From Girardia tigrina (taxonomy: Eukaryota), in contig MQRK01218860.1 of the NCBI GenBank assembly GCA_001938485.1, forward strand, positions 1 to 63,412: 63,412 nt of DNA, read 5' to 3'. Each line of letters begins with the position of its first letter. The stretch's first letter is position 1. A program made the translations under genes and the position numbers. Shown in pieces: positions 51,703 through 63,412 of this stretch. The notes under the pieces were generated by a model, which was given only the letters and a program-made list of their open reading frames with translations, was not told the DNA's origin and made no database searches.

Positions 51703-52949
51703 GTTAGTTGTCATATACATTTTTGTATTTCTTTTTATTTATTGATTTTGTTATCCTTTTTTCTTAATGAATGTTTTTAAATTTTTTCTTTAGAAAAAGA
51801 TGTACGTATTTGTATTATCTATTTATGATAAATATGTGAAGAATTTTATTCCAGAATTAAAAAAAAATACTATTTCTATATTTTTAAAAAAAATTCTATT
51901 TGATAAATAAATAATTAAAATTAAATAAAAAAACATCGGTACGAAAAGTTACCTTCTTCTTTAAAAAGGATTTGAATTAATAAACGATAAAAGGAATTTC
52001 TCTTAATATTTTACTGAAAATGAAACGTGATAAAAACTAATAAATACGAAATACATTAGTTTTTATGACAATATATTTTGATAGATCAATCGTCGTCAAA
52101 TTATTGACTAATTTTGTGATTCACATTGGATATTTGAATACATAAATTGGATTATCTAGTCGATGGCGTGAAGTCAAACTAATCAAAAATGTTCAATGAG
52201 ATAGTTTTACGACACGAACGTCTGAACATTGTGTTAAGAACATTGACGAAATTTTCATTTGAATTTTTATTATTATCACATTTAGATTTATTACAACTCT
52301 CAGAAGATCTTTCACCCTTTGACATCGTTCTAATTGGTTTTGTTATATCTATTTTTAATCATGATTATTCGAACAATTTTTCTAAATCTTTTTAAAATAT
52401 TTAATTTCTAAAAATATTAGTTAAAAATAATAATTTTAACCATTTCTTTATAAAAAAACTCAAAATAATAAAAATTTTATAGAATTGTTAAAAAGAAAAG
52501 CATTAAATCTAAATAAATGCTTTTCTTTTTAAAAAATATTAAACTTAATTTTAATTGATAATTTAAAAAATATAAACTGATCAAATTATTATTTTAATTG
52601 TGTTCGAATAGCCAATCACTGTAAATACAGAAATACATCTGGATGAGAGAATCACCATTCTAAGATGATCATACTCAAATCAGCATACAGCATCAATACA
52701 TTCACACATTCAAACAATTTACGATATTCCTCACACATTGATTTTAACACAATGGGACAAAATTAGCAATTCTTCATGAAAATTTTTAAAATGGTATATT
52801 TGATTTATCAATACTTTCAACGTATTTCCAAAAGTTGAATACGACTACCAAGAATAATAAATGAAGACTTTTGTCATTTTTCTTTAATATTCATAATTTA
52901 ATGTTCATTAAATCTGTCTAGTAAAGTATGTATACTGCTGTCAGGTTGT

Positions 52950-53800
52950 TTTATATATATTCCAGTTTCATAATGTTGGCATTTTCTTTCAACAAACTCA
53001 TAAAAGAAACATAGTTTTAGAAAACTGTTGAAAGAATTGATAAAATAAGTTTCTTGTTAAATCAAAATGGTTATTGTGATTTTTTTCCATTAAAAATTAA
53101 TAAATTAAACGAGGTTTAAATATTTTTGAAAGATAATTCTAAATATCAGAATGATGTTTCTTTTGACTGTTCTAAAAAAGAAATCCGAGCGACATTTTAT
53201 AATAATACAACACTGAAATGTTAATTTAAAGTACCTTATTCTAAAAGATTTAAAAACTTTAAAATTGGGACAATAAAAGCAAATGATAATAAATTAAATT
53301 TAAAAATTATATCATAATTTTAAATTAAAATATAATAAAAATATTTCACCTTTAAAACTATGTTCTGGTATTGTTTACGAATATACGGTTCGATTTAACA
53401 TACCTTGGAAAGATTGCCCTCTGTCTTCTCTGTAAACGAATTCAAGACATGAACGAAAAAATGGTAACAGTGATTTAATAAACATTAGAAAAATGTAAAT
53501 GTGATATAAAAATTGATAATCCAACATTAATAGATCATTTTGATAGCTATTGGGAAAGAGTGACCCTTTGTAAAGCATTGTTAATTATGTCACATTGTCT
53601 TAAAGTACTTATTCAAACAATAGTCTTAACTAACGCTTATTGAGAATTTATTGATTAGTATGATTTGATGCATTCGATTACATAATCATAATGTCGAATT
53701 AATGTACAGGTGCGTCAAATGAAGTCAGTGATCTGACGGTGACGGTTGATCCGTCTAAATATATTGTCATAAAAATATATACTAAAAAATCAATGTGCTT
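52950..53800 (+). mobile_element. degenerate Penelope-like 3' end with hammerhead motif at 53728-53770
   Basis: KVPYSK, CSGIVYEY and SYWERV segments are homologous to 13660-14110. Followed by GTGAT-CTGAcGg-T-GACGG-TTGAT-CCGTC-tAAA-TATA-TT-GTCAT. Confidence 0.7.
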
Positions 53801-54240
53801 CTTTTTTATTAAAAAATCTTCCTCTGTATAGAAAAGAAGTTATTTAAAAATTTTCATTTTCTTTATCCTTAGAGGTTTCGAAACAGAACGATTGTATTTC
53901 ATCAAAAAATATTAATTTTCCACCAAAAAATATTAAAATAAGGAAAACTTTTTTTTAAAAAACCGCGTCAACTGTTAACAGAATTTGAGCCTAATTTTTT
54001 TGGTCTCAAAATATTTCGAAAAAAATTTTATCTTTCATTTGTATATGTTTTACCAATAAAAATAAATTGATATTTATAATATTATTTGTAGTAAAAAAAT
54101 TTTTGTCATAAAAATAAGAAATTAATTAAATGACCTGAAATACAGCTTTACATGTCCCTAAAATTGTCTCTGTTTTATCAATTAAGCTTGAATAAATGAC
54201 AAACGATTAATAAAATTAACCATTTATTAAAATAATTCAG

Positions 54241-54356
54241 TCATTCAAATACTATCCCAGCAATCTCGAAGTCATAGAATGGCTGGGTGCCTATTACATT
54301 GAATCCCAATTTTGTGAAAAAGCAATTAGTTATTTCGAACGAGCGGCCCTGATGCA
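54241..54356 (+). CDS. IFT88: IFT88 exon
   Basis: SFKYYPSNLEVIEWLGAYYIESQFCEKAISYFERAALMQ; donor GTAAGT. Confidence 0.96.
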
Positions 54357-54410
54357 GTAAGTTGATATTGGGCCACAATCCCCAACATGTACTTCTTCAT
54401 TACTTTGCAG

Positions 54411-54529
54411 ACCCAATCAAGTCAAATGGCTCCTTATGATCGCTTCGTGTCATCGTCGAAGTGGCAATTATCAACAGGCTCTGGAAACGTACAAATCTAT
54501 CCATAGGAAATTCCCGGAGAATATTGAAT
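54411..54529 (+). CDS. IFT88: IFT88 exon
   Basis: After a 54-nt intron: PNQVKWLLMIASCHRRSGNYQQALETYKSIHRKFPENIE. Confidence 0.96.
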
Positions 54530-55589
54530 GTAATTATTAAATTATTCATTTAGCAATTCTAATAAAATGTGTATTCTTGTGTGAATTTTATCACATTATT
54601 TTGATTATTCTTAAATTAAGAAATATTTTAAGATTTTTTAATGTATTCTAAAATTTGTTAAAAGAAATTAATAAACTATTAATTTAATTACCTTAAATAT
54701 TTGTACTATTCACTCTTTTCGATTTGACCTCATATTTGTATTGAATCATATCCTTTCTATCAGTCAAAGATTTTTAGTTCGGGTACTTCCTTTACAATTT
54801 AGACATTCTGGTCATAATTGAAGATCTTATAAGATTTGAATGTTTATGAATAATTATTTCTTACAACTCTTTTATATCCATTCATACATGTTCTTTCTAT
54901 TCCCGATCTTCCAGTTTATTGTAAATAAAAAATTAAATAAATAAATAAACCTTTAAATAAATAGCTTCTGATTTTTCTATGATTTTTTAATAATTAGTTT
55001 TGAATCAAAGAAGAATGTAAGAACACATATTCAATTTACGAAAATAAGATTGTTTTCTTGACCACATGGGATCTAAAATACCAAAAATAAGTACAGAAAA
55101 CATCAACGATGAACAAATATATTTTTCATTGTTCATCTTAAGTGTTTTAATATGTATTAAAACTACACAAAATTGCACTAAATTACAAAATATTATAATT
55201 AATTCTTAAAATATTATAATCATTAAAAAAGGTATACTCATTTTCGTAAAAAAGAACTCCTTTTCACTATAAAGTCCTACGTTTATTAAATATTTTTGTA
55301 GAATATTCATTTTTCAAGAAGACTGTAAATTTACATTGTTTATAAATGTCAAATAAGAATTCTATTAAAAAAGTTATTAATATTTGTTAAATTTTTTTTC
55401 TAATTTTAAATTTAATTAAGGATATGATTAAAAAATTAAATATTAAATATAAAAGGTACTTTCATAAATTTCAAAAAATAGTAAATATATTATAAAATGT
55501 TTTCTTTAAACGCAATATTAAAAAAAAGCATAAAATATTTCTTTTAAAAAACAAAATTATAAAAAAACATTACTTACAAAATTTATAAA

Positions 55590-56330
55590 TATAAACAAAC
55601 GCCATTTAAAATATATTTTATGAAAATTTCACAAAATTTGATTTTCGTGCAAGCATTTTAAAAATTATTGGGAGAGAGTTTCGAGTGAAGCACTGTTGAT
55701 AAAATGATGTGATACAAAAATCAATGTTCAAACAGCACTCTCAACTAATTTGTAAAGAGTTTTCGATTAGACTTACGTAAGTGATTGAATAATCATTCAT
55801 TAAAGCAATAAAAAAAGAACATAATCAGTGATGATGACGGTCAAACCATCGAAATATATTACCGTATTTATCGGATTATAAGTCGCACTCGCATATAAGT
55901 CGCATCCCATTTTTTTAAAAACTTTTGAAATTTAAATTCAACAGCGTATAAGTCGCATATTTTTGTGACTTGAAAACTTGAATTGAAAACTTATTTTAAA
56001 TAATGCCAATGAAGAAATCATTAAATTTAAATTAATAATATTTTCGAAACATTTGAAATAATAGATGAGGAAGATTTTAATAGATTCGAAGAAATCGATT
56101 AATCTTAAAATAACATTATTGGTTTTGTTTTTATATATTGATGTTTTTATTTTTATATAAGTCGCACACGCGTATAAGTCTAACCAATTTTTTTTTAATT
56201 TTCATACTTTTTTTCATATAAGCCGCGGTTTATAGTCCGATAAATACGGTATCAAAAAATATATTTTTAAATGGCGTTTATTTGTTTCTACTAAAAAATT
56301 GCCATCTTTTTCAAGTTTATTTAAATTTAA
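55590..56330 (+). mobile_element. Penelope-like 3' end and pLTR, interrupted by a MITE
   Basis: NYWERVSSEALLIK...KINVQ matches the PLE C-terminus at ~14010-14110; partial hammerhead at 55828-55861; inverted pLTR stub at ~55595. Confidence 0.7.
55862..56249. mobile_element. pogo/Tigger-type MITE
   Basis: TA|CCGTATTTATCGGA...TCCGATAAATACGG|TA; internal TATAAGTCGCA repeats. Confidence 0.88.
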
Positions 56331-56928
56331 ATATACGTTAAAATAATAATTGTCATAAATATTTTCATGAAAATTTTAAAATTAAAAAATTAAATATTAT
56401 TTTGAATTGTTTAAAATTTTAAAAAAATGAAAAATTATTTGAAAAATAGAGATCGTTGGATTGGTTATTAAATTAGGAAAATTTTAATTGAAAATAGTTT
56501 ATAATAAATGTATAAATTGAGTAAAAAATGATTTCTGAAATTGATGTTACAACACCTCTCACATCATGTAACTTCAAAAAATTAAATTAAATTACAAAAT
56601 ATTATAACTGAGTCTTAAGATATTATAATAATTGAAAAAGGTATACTCGTTTTCTTAAAAGTAAATCATTTTCAATGTAAAGCCATACGTTTATTAAGTA
56701 TTTTTATAGGATATTCATCGTTTCTTTCAAGGAGATTGTAAATTTACTTTTTTTATAAATCTCGTAAAATAAAATAAAGAATGAAATAAAGAATTATTGA
56801 TATTCTATTATTTTTATATTTCTTCATTTTTTTGATTATAAAAAAATAGAGTTGAAAATGATTTTCTCAATTTTATGACCCCCAATGAATTATTGCTCAA
56901 AAAATCACTCATCATATTTTTGTTTTAG

Positions 56929-57129
56929 GTTTACAATTTCTCCACAAAATCTACAGTGATATGGGATTACCGGAAGCAGAAGAGTATTATAACCGATTAA
57001 AGAAAGCGGAAAAGCAAAAAGAAGTTCGCGAGAAAAGATTATCTGCTGGTATGGCCAGACGAAACAGTCTTATAGGTTCAAGTAATTTAAGAGTCGCTGG
57101 AAGTAGAGATAACTCAGCAAGCAGTGGAG
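56929..57129 (+). CDS. IFT88: IFT88 exon (last seen in window)
   Basis: CLQFLHKIYSDMGLPEAEEYYNRLKKAEKQKEVREKR matches IFT88 CLRFLVRLCTDLGLKDAQEY..KLKRLEK; donor GTATAA at 57130. Confidence 0.92.
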
Positions 57130-57424
57130 GTATAATATTCAACATGTCTTTACACATTTACAAATATTTAATGAAAATTATTTTTTATAAGAATAAATGT
57201 AAAAGGTTTTAAATCAATATAATTTCATCTCAAATTACAATTTTCCTTCATAAAGGATCATTGTTTTTTGCAAAATGTTGATATTCTTCGCGTCTATCAT
57301 GAAATAGCTGAAAATGCTTTTAATTATTTGTGTATACCGTATAGTCCGGCACATATAAGGAATTTATGCTAAATCCTAATTTTCTCTTTACAATTTAATT
57401 TCATTATATATATATATATATATA

Positions 57425-58712
57425 TTAGGCTGAACCAAAAGTATTTTCGTATTGTCTACGTCTCTTTGTTCAATTGCTTCTTATTACCAAATAAAGATAT
57501 TTTATATACATGTGTTATGTTTTTAAAGCTCTTGAACTGCTCTATCACAATATATATTAAAACTTCTTATTAGTCCTTAATATAATTTTTATGGTCTTTT
57601 AGAAAAATCATGGAAATTTTTGAAATTCGTGTTCTTTTACGCCATTACTGGAAACATGGCTTAAACGCAACTGCAGTAACAAAGAAAATATGCGAAGTTG
57701 AAGACGATAATGTGGTCTCAAATCGTACTGCACAAAATTGGTTCAAAAGGTTCAACGAAGGCGACATTGACCTCGGAGACAAGGCACGTTCAGACCGACC
57801 TATCACCGTAGATTCCGGAGTAATTCGTGAAGCCGTCGAGACAAATCCGTCAATAAGTACTTGCAGATTGTCGGCCGATCACGATATTCCTCAAACATCC
57901 ATAGTACGACACATTCACGCTCTTGGCAAGGTCAATAGACGATGTCGAGAAGTGCCTCATGAATTGACACAAATTCAAGCCGAAAAGCGTTTCGAAACTT
58001 GTCAAAAATTGCTTGAAAATCGGCGCGATGACCGTTTCATTCGTCGAATTGTAACTTGCGATGAAAAGTGGGTTTACTTCAGTAATCCAGACTAACAAAA
58101 TCAATGGTTTGACCCCGCACAAATGGCGAAACCGGTAGCGAAACGAGATCGTTTTCCTACAAGAAAGGCACTTTTGTGTGTTTGGTGGAATTTCGAAGGC
58201 GTGATTCCCTTCGAGCTGGTTCCAAATGGTCGTACCATCGACGCTGACCTTTACTGCACCCAACTTGATCGAATGTATGTAGCACTTGGCGAGAAATACC
58301 CCGCTTTGATCAATCGAAAGCGAGTTCTTCTACAACAGGACAATGCAAAACCGCACACCGTCAAATAAACAAAGGAAAAAATCAAAAATCTCGATGCCTT
58401 TGAACTTCTTCCACACCCAGCGTATAGTCCGGATCTTGCGCCATCCGACTATCACATTTTCCGCTCTATGGCACACTTTCTTCGTGGTCGCAGCTTCAAT
58501 AATCTGACCGAGGTCGAAAACTGGTGTCACCAGTTCTTCGCTTCTAAGAGCAAGGATTGGTACCGCAGCGGGATCGCACAACTTGCCCATAGATGGGTTC
58601 AAGCTATAGATTCAAATGGCCTTTACTTTGAAACTTAAATGTTTTTTATTTGTTGTAAAATTATGTTTAAATTTTTAATAAAAAATACGGAAAGACTTTT
58701 CGTTCACCTTAA
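57425..58712 (+). mobile_element. full-length mariner element (~1.29 kb)
   Basis: Imperfect TIRs TTAGGCTGAACCAAAAGTATTTTCGTATT / AATACGGAAAGACTTTTCGTTCACCTTAA with TA flanks. Confidence 0.92.
57610..58638 (+). pseudogene. mariner DD34D transposase with two nonsense codons (58093 and 58366)
   Basis: Single frame of 343 codons; VPHEL, IVTCDEKW, QQDNAKPH and HPAYSPDLAPSDYHIF motifs. Confidence 0.92.
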
Positions 58713-59223
58713 TAAATAACTTTGAACTCTATACACCGACAAACTGATCAACCGACACTATTGGATTTTGGTATAAATAATTAAAAATATATTAAGAATA
58801 ATTATTATTATTTTAATTACATTTTATTCAACATTATTTTCATATATTTTTATTATTTACATTTTTTTGATAATTCTTAATTAAATGACAAATAACATTT
58901 AAAATTGTTAGAATATTTCCCTATTTATTTCCGGAGATCCATTTACATCTTTTATCGCCTGTTGGAAAATATTATATTAACTCTTGATCAAATATGTCAT
59001 ATTGATGAATAAATATAAAACTACATTCTTAAATTCAGATTTTATTTCTTTATAAATATTAACTCATTACAACAAAATAATATTGTTCTTTTAAAATGAT
59101 TATACCTAATAATACATATCAAAATTTAATTTTCTTGGAACTTAGAATGAACGGTTTATGTTGGATATACAGTTTTATACTCTTTGGTGTGTAGCAATAT
59201 AGATATTTTTATGTAGAATATGA

Positions 59224-60238
59224 GGTGTCACGTCAATTCAGCGCGGGCGATTTAGCGCGCTACAATTCAGTGCGGACAATTCAGTGAGGTGACAATTCAG
59301 CGAAGCGACAATTCAGCGAAGCGACAATTCAGCGAAGCGACAATTCAGCGAAGCGACAATTCAGCGAAGCGACAATTCAGCGAAGCGACAATTCAGCGAA
59401 GCGACAATTCAGCNNNNNNNNNNNNNNNNNNNNNNNNNNNNNNNNNNNNNNNNNNNNNNNNNNNNNNNNNNNNNNNNNNNNNNNNAATTCAGCGAAGCGA
59501 CAATTCAGCGAAGCGACAATTCAGCGAAGCGACAATTCAGCGAAGCGACAATTCAGCGAAGCGACAATTCAGCGAAGCGACAATTCAGCGAAGCGACAAT
59601 TCAGCGAAGGGACTCGCAGTGGATGTGACGCATACGTCTGAAAAAAAAATTCATGACACTGGTCGATTGCGGGCCTGGACGATTCACAGTTTTGAGGAAG
59701 ACCACCTCAGAATACGACGCAGACTTGTGTGCTGCACTGAGTGCTGTCTTCAATGAGTTTGAGCCGCTGCAAGAAATTCTGATAGACAACTTCAGCACTC
59801 CAAGAGCTGCTATTAGAGATGGGAACCGAGATTCGGTTTCGGTACGCAAATCAGCCCAGTGTCATTGTTCAATTTCGCGTACGGGCTCCCAGGAAATAGT
59901 GGAGTTGTGCAGAAGAGAGAACTTCGAGTTGGTGACGCCGTGTTCGTGAAACCGGCGAACGCGAAGTGCACGAACTAGTGGAAGTAGGCAGTCGTGAGTG
60001 GAATTCGCCTTCCCAATCAAGTTGAAGTTGACGGAGTCCCATACCATCTGTTACATGTAAGACGCATGTCAGGTGTGTGGTCAGCAGAGCCAGTGAAGGG
60101 CTTGCCGGAACCGTATGTCAGTCCATGGGTGAACGCCAACGGCTGCAGCGACAGCTCCAATTCTGAAAACGGGCAGTAGTGGAATCAGGCAACGAATCAG
60201 GCCTCGCTGAATTGTCTGCGTTGAATTGACGTAGATCC
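59224..60238. mobile_element. non-autonomous MULE-like element carrying a Gypsy integrase fragment
   Basis: Termini GG....ACGTCAATTC / GAATTGACGT....CC; TSD-like GAATATGA / GAATATTA; interior LAVDVTH...TLVDCGPGRF...EILIDN. Confidence 0.7.
59275..59608 (+). repeat. 16-bp minisatellite (GACAATTCAGCGAAGC)n in the MULE subterminal region
   Basis: Direct head-to-tail tandem repeats with no spacers; partly N-masked. Confidence 0.95.
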
Positions 60239-60939
60239 GAATATTACAGCTCCAAAATGTGAATTAAAGACTCTTCTGCTCTTTTCTGAGAGGAAAGTTA
60301 TTTAGTGTGGTGAGTTTTTTTCACATTTCTTTGATTCAGCTCCTTACTTCTCAAATTAAGGATAAAATGCCTCACAATTATCTTCCTCTTTAAAAAATGT
60401 TGGATATGTTTTTAAGTTTATTTCTAAAACTATATACAGTCCGCCCTCGTTTTCGGTGCATTCTTTATGGTGGGGCACCTTGATTTCTGGGGAAATTTTG
60501 GTTTTTTGGGACAAGTTTTAAGATAATCACACTACTACATATTATTTATATTGTGTTTTTATTCCAAAAGTACAATTATGTTTCGTTTTTTGGGGCATAT
60601 TTTTTAACCTAAAAATAATATTTAATCTTGATCTGAAATAAGTATCAAAATTTCCCCGAATTTAAAATATTACAAGCTTTTTTTTAAAAAAGTTTGTTAA
60701 ATTTTATGTTAAATTTTGTTTAAATTTATATTAAATTTTGTAAAAAAATCATTATCCCCAATGACGAAAAAACTAACACCGAGCTATTGTTTTTACTTCT
60801 ATTGCCTGGGAGTTAATATCCAAAGAATCGATTATTAATTGTTTCAAAAAGGCATTTTCCAAAAAAGAAGAAACCAACCAACATATGAAAATTCATATGC
60901 TTGAGGAAGACACTTATGTCTTACTAAAAAAGACATGAG

Positions 60940-63412
60940 AATAAATATATTTGGACAGCCACGACAGTTAGTACAACATGGGGGACAAACAGGCTTAATG
61001 GTGTGTGGATACATCAAAGCTCTGATGGAGAATCGACCGCTAAGTTCTATTGATGTTCAGACACTCAAATGACAGATCGCGGCCCAACTAATCAGAGCCA
61101 AGAAGAAGCGCCCCACATCATCCATTCAACAGAAAGAGAACCACACCACTCTTAATGCAACCCGCGCAGCGAGAGTGGAAAGGTCACTCACCTTTGCGGA
61201 AGTCCGATCACTGACTGTGGATCCTAAGATATTGGAAAGGGATATAACAATGTACAATGTATATCTACTCCTTTAGACCCATAAAACGGAGAAATCTCTA
61301 TATGGGCAACAAGGTTGTAGAATCCACTAATCAGGATCCAAGTCTTAGGAAGGCCTATAAAACTCACCCAAGAAGAGCGGTCCAAATCATCCTAAACAAC
61401 ACAGTTGCAGATACCACTCCATCGACAGAAGCAATCATGGAACATTTTAGCTCAAAATCGATTGCCCCTCCAATTAGTGAATTAGTGGATACTCTCTTGG
61501 TGAAGAGAGGGGATCCATTTGAATTCAGAGAGGTCCTGTCTGGTGAGGTGGTAGAAGCAATGAACAACGCCAACAACTCATCCCCGGATTACTCAAATAT
61601 AACATATAAAGATATGTTATATTGTGACCCGGTGGGTGCAATGTACACCAAGCTGTACAACCGGATTATCAACAGTCGAGTTATCCCGAAGAGCTGGAGG
61701 GAGTTCTTTACAACCCTCCTTCCGAAACCGGGAAAACAAGGACAATATGACCAAGTTTCATCGTGGCGACCAATAGCTCTCTTAGAGTGTGCCTATAAGA
61801 TTTTGGCCATACTTCTAAGAGACCAATTAAACAAGTGGATTGTGGATAATGACCTCTTACACCCACTCCAGAAAAGTCTGGGTCCCCATGACGGTTGCGC
61901 CGAACACAACTTTGTCATCCGGGCCATCCTAGATAAATATTACTATCAACTAAAAGGAGCAGAGTTCCACGCGACAATGCTAGACAATGCTGATGCATTT
62001 GGCTAAGTGTCGGTGGAAATCATCCTTAAATTATTAAGACGAATGGGTGTAGGAGCGGACTCGTGTGACCTGATCAGACAGCTATACAACGACTGCTTAT
62101 CGGCGTACAAATGTGACAACACGGTGACGGGGCAGATTCCGATTTTAGTGGGAGTCAGGCAAGGATGTCCACTCTCAATGTTGCTATTTAATATTGCTAT
62201 TAACCCTGTACTGTTGGAATTGGACCAACAGTCTTATGGCGGCATGTTAATAGCCAATCACCGTGTGAGTTGCCTGGCCTATGCTGATGACCTTGTGTTG
62301 CTAGCTGATAATCANNNNNNNNNNNNNNNNNNNNNNNNNNNNNNNNNNNNNNNNNNNNNNNNNNNNNNNATTAAATTCAGACCTTCCAAATGTTCACGAA
62401 TAGCGATCCCACATAACCCAAACAATAGGATCCAAATATATGGGAACGCTATCCCCGAAATTACCGAAGGTGAATTCGTTGTATATTTGGAAGGTCACTT
62501 TTCCGAAAATATTAAGTTAGCACCAGTAGAGAAGCTTGCAGAAGTTACTAGGGAAACAATTAAGATTACAGAATCTATACTGTTTCCCTGGCAGAAACTG
62601 CACGCTTACATNNNNNNNNNNNNNNNNNNNNNNNNNNNNNNNNNNNNNNNNNNNNNNNNNNNNNNNNNNNNNNNNNNNNNNNNNNNNNNNNNNNNNNNNN
62701 NNGTTATCAGACTGTTGCACAAGAAGGTGTTGGGATTGCAGAAAAACGCATCGAATGCGTATCTCTACACGCCAAGGGAAAATGGTGGAGTCGGTATTAA
62801 ATCGCTACTCGATGAGTACCTGATATAATCACTGGCCCACGCTTTCTAAATGATTGCGTGTAGTGATGCGACAACGATGGATGCTGCAATCTTCTCCCTT
62901 CAACGTGGAGCGGCTGGCCCCCGGAAAACGCGACTCTTATCGATTGAGGAGGCCATTAACTGGCTTAACGCCGGAACTCAATCGGGAGGATCAAGAACTG
63001 GTGGGCCAAGATCAAATTTGCCATCCACAAAATCAAAGAACTGCACCAGATCTCAGCTAGTCTGGTGCAGAATGAGAGAGGCATTTGTCTACACCTTCAC
63101 CAATNNNNNNNNNNNNNNNNNNNNNNNNNNNNNNNNNNNNNNNNNNNNNNNNNNNNNNNNNNNNNNGAAAACATACTCCTCACCCCCCTCCTAAAATCCA
63201 GTGTGTCCAAGACACTAAGAAGACTAGTGGAAAAATCTTGGACGCACAAATGGAATGTCCAAAACAGTGCTGGTCGATTTGCAAGAAGCCTGAAATCGAC
63301 GATTAGCTTTCACAGTGCTGTCTATGGGGGGGAGCTCAACTATGCTGAGTGGTATTTTTACCACAAAGCATTTACATACACGGTGCCAGTCAACTTCCGA
63401 CCAGGAATCACC
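60940..63412 (+). mobile_element. RLE-type (NeSL/R2-like) non-LTR retrotransposon RT region, with stops, running off the window
   Basis: WRPIALL, GCAEHNF, LDNADAFG*V, GVRQGCPLS, LAYADDL, PWQKL and YLYTPRENGGVG motifs in ORFs 61257-62006 and 62007-62828. Confidence 0.9.

Noticed and set aside
59275-59608. CRISPR-like array or repetitive ORF 59289-59756
   Set aside because: Repeats are head-to-tail with no unique spacers, the context is eukaryotic, and they belong to a transposon subterminal region.

Overview
AT-rich eukaryotic (metazoan) genomic DNA with ~45-60 nt minimal introns, (AT)n microsatellites and dense nested transposons. The texture is compatible with a planarian-type flatworm, but the organism is an inference. 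Host genes: (1) a spliced two-KIND-domain gene (KNDC1/v-KIND-like N-terminus, + strand, 12651-26802) that appears to stop right after KIND2 and has lesions in KIND1; (2) the C-terminal TPR half of IFT88 (7 exons, + strand, 39803-57129), with no recognisable upstream exons in the window; (3) a processed PSMB4 (proteasome beta7) pseudogene inside an IFT88 intron. Mobile DNA includes an IS630/Tc1-like DD39E element, two mariner elements with TIRs, MULEs with minisatellite TIRs, hAT, piggyBac and pogo MITEs, several Penelope-like elements with hammerhead-ribozyme motifs, two RLE-type (NeSL/R2-like) non-LTR elements, and a compact 3.8-kb Gypsy-like LTR element. The top finding is that this LTR element's primer-binding site is not a tRNA 3'-CCA complement. 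It is the exact complement of nucleotides 1-12 of tRNA-Lys(UUU), flush with the LTR, which suggests priming by a very short 5' tRNA fragment. Other leads: a possible spliceosomal intron in a non-LTR retrotransposon, a Pack-MULE-like capture of an integrase fragment, a periodic T-tract domain, and a bidirectional TATA/CCAAT promoter with orphan spliced ORFs. All family assignments come from motif recognition by eye; no searches were run.
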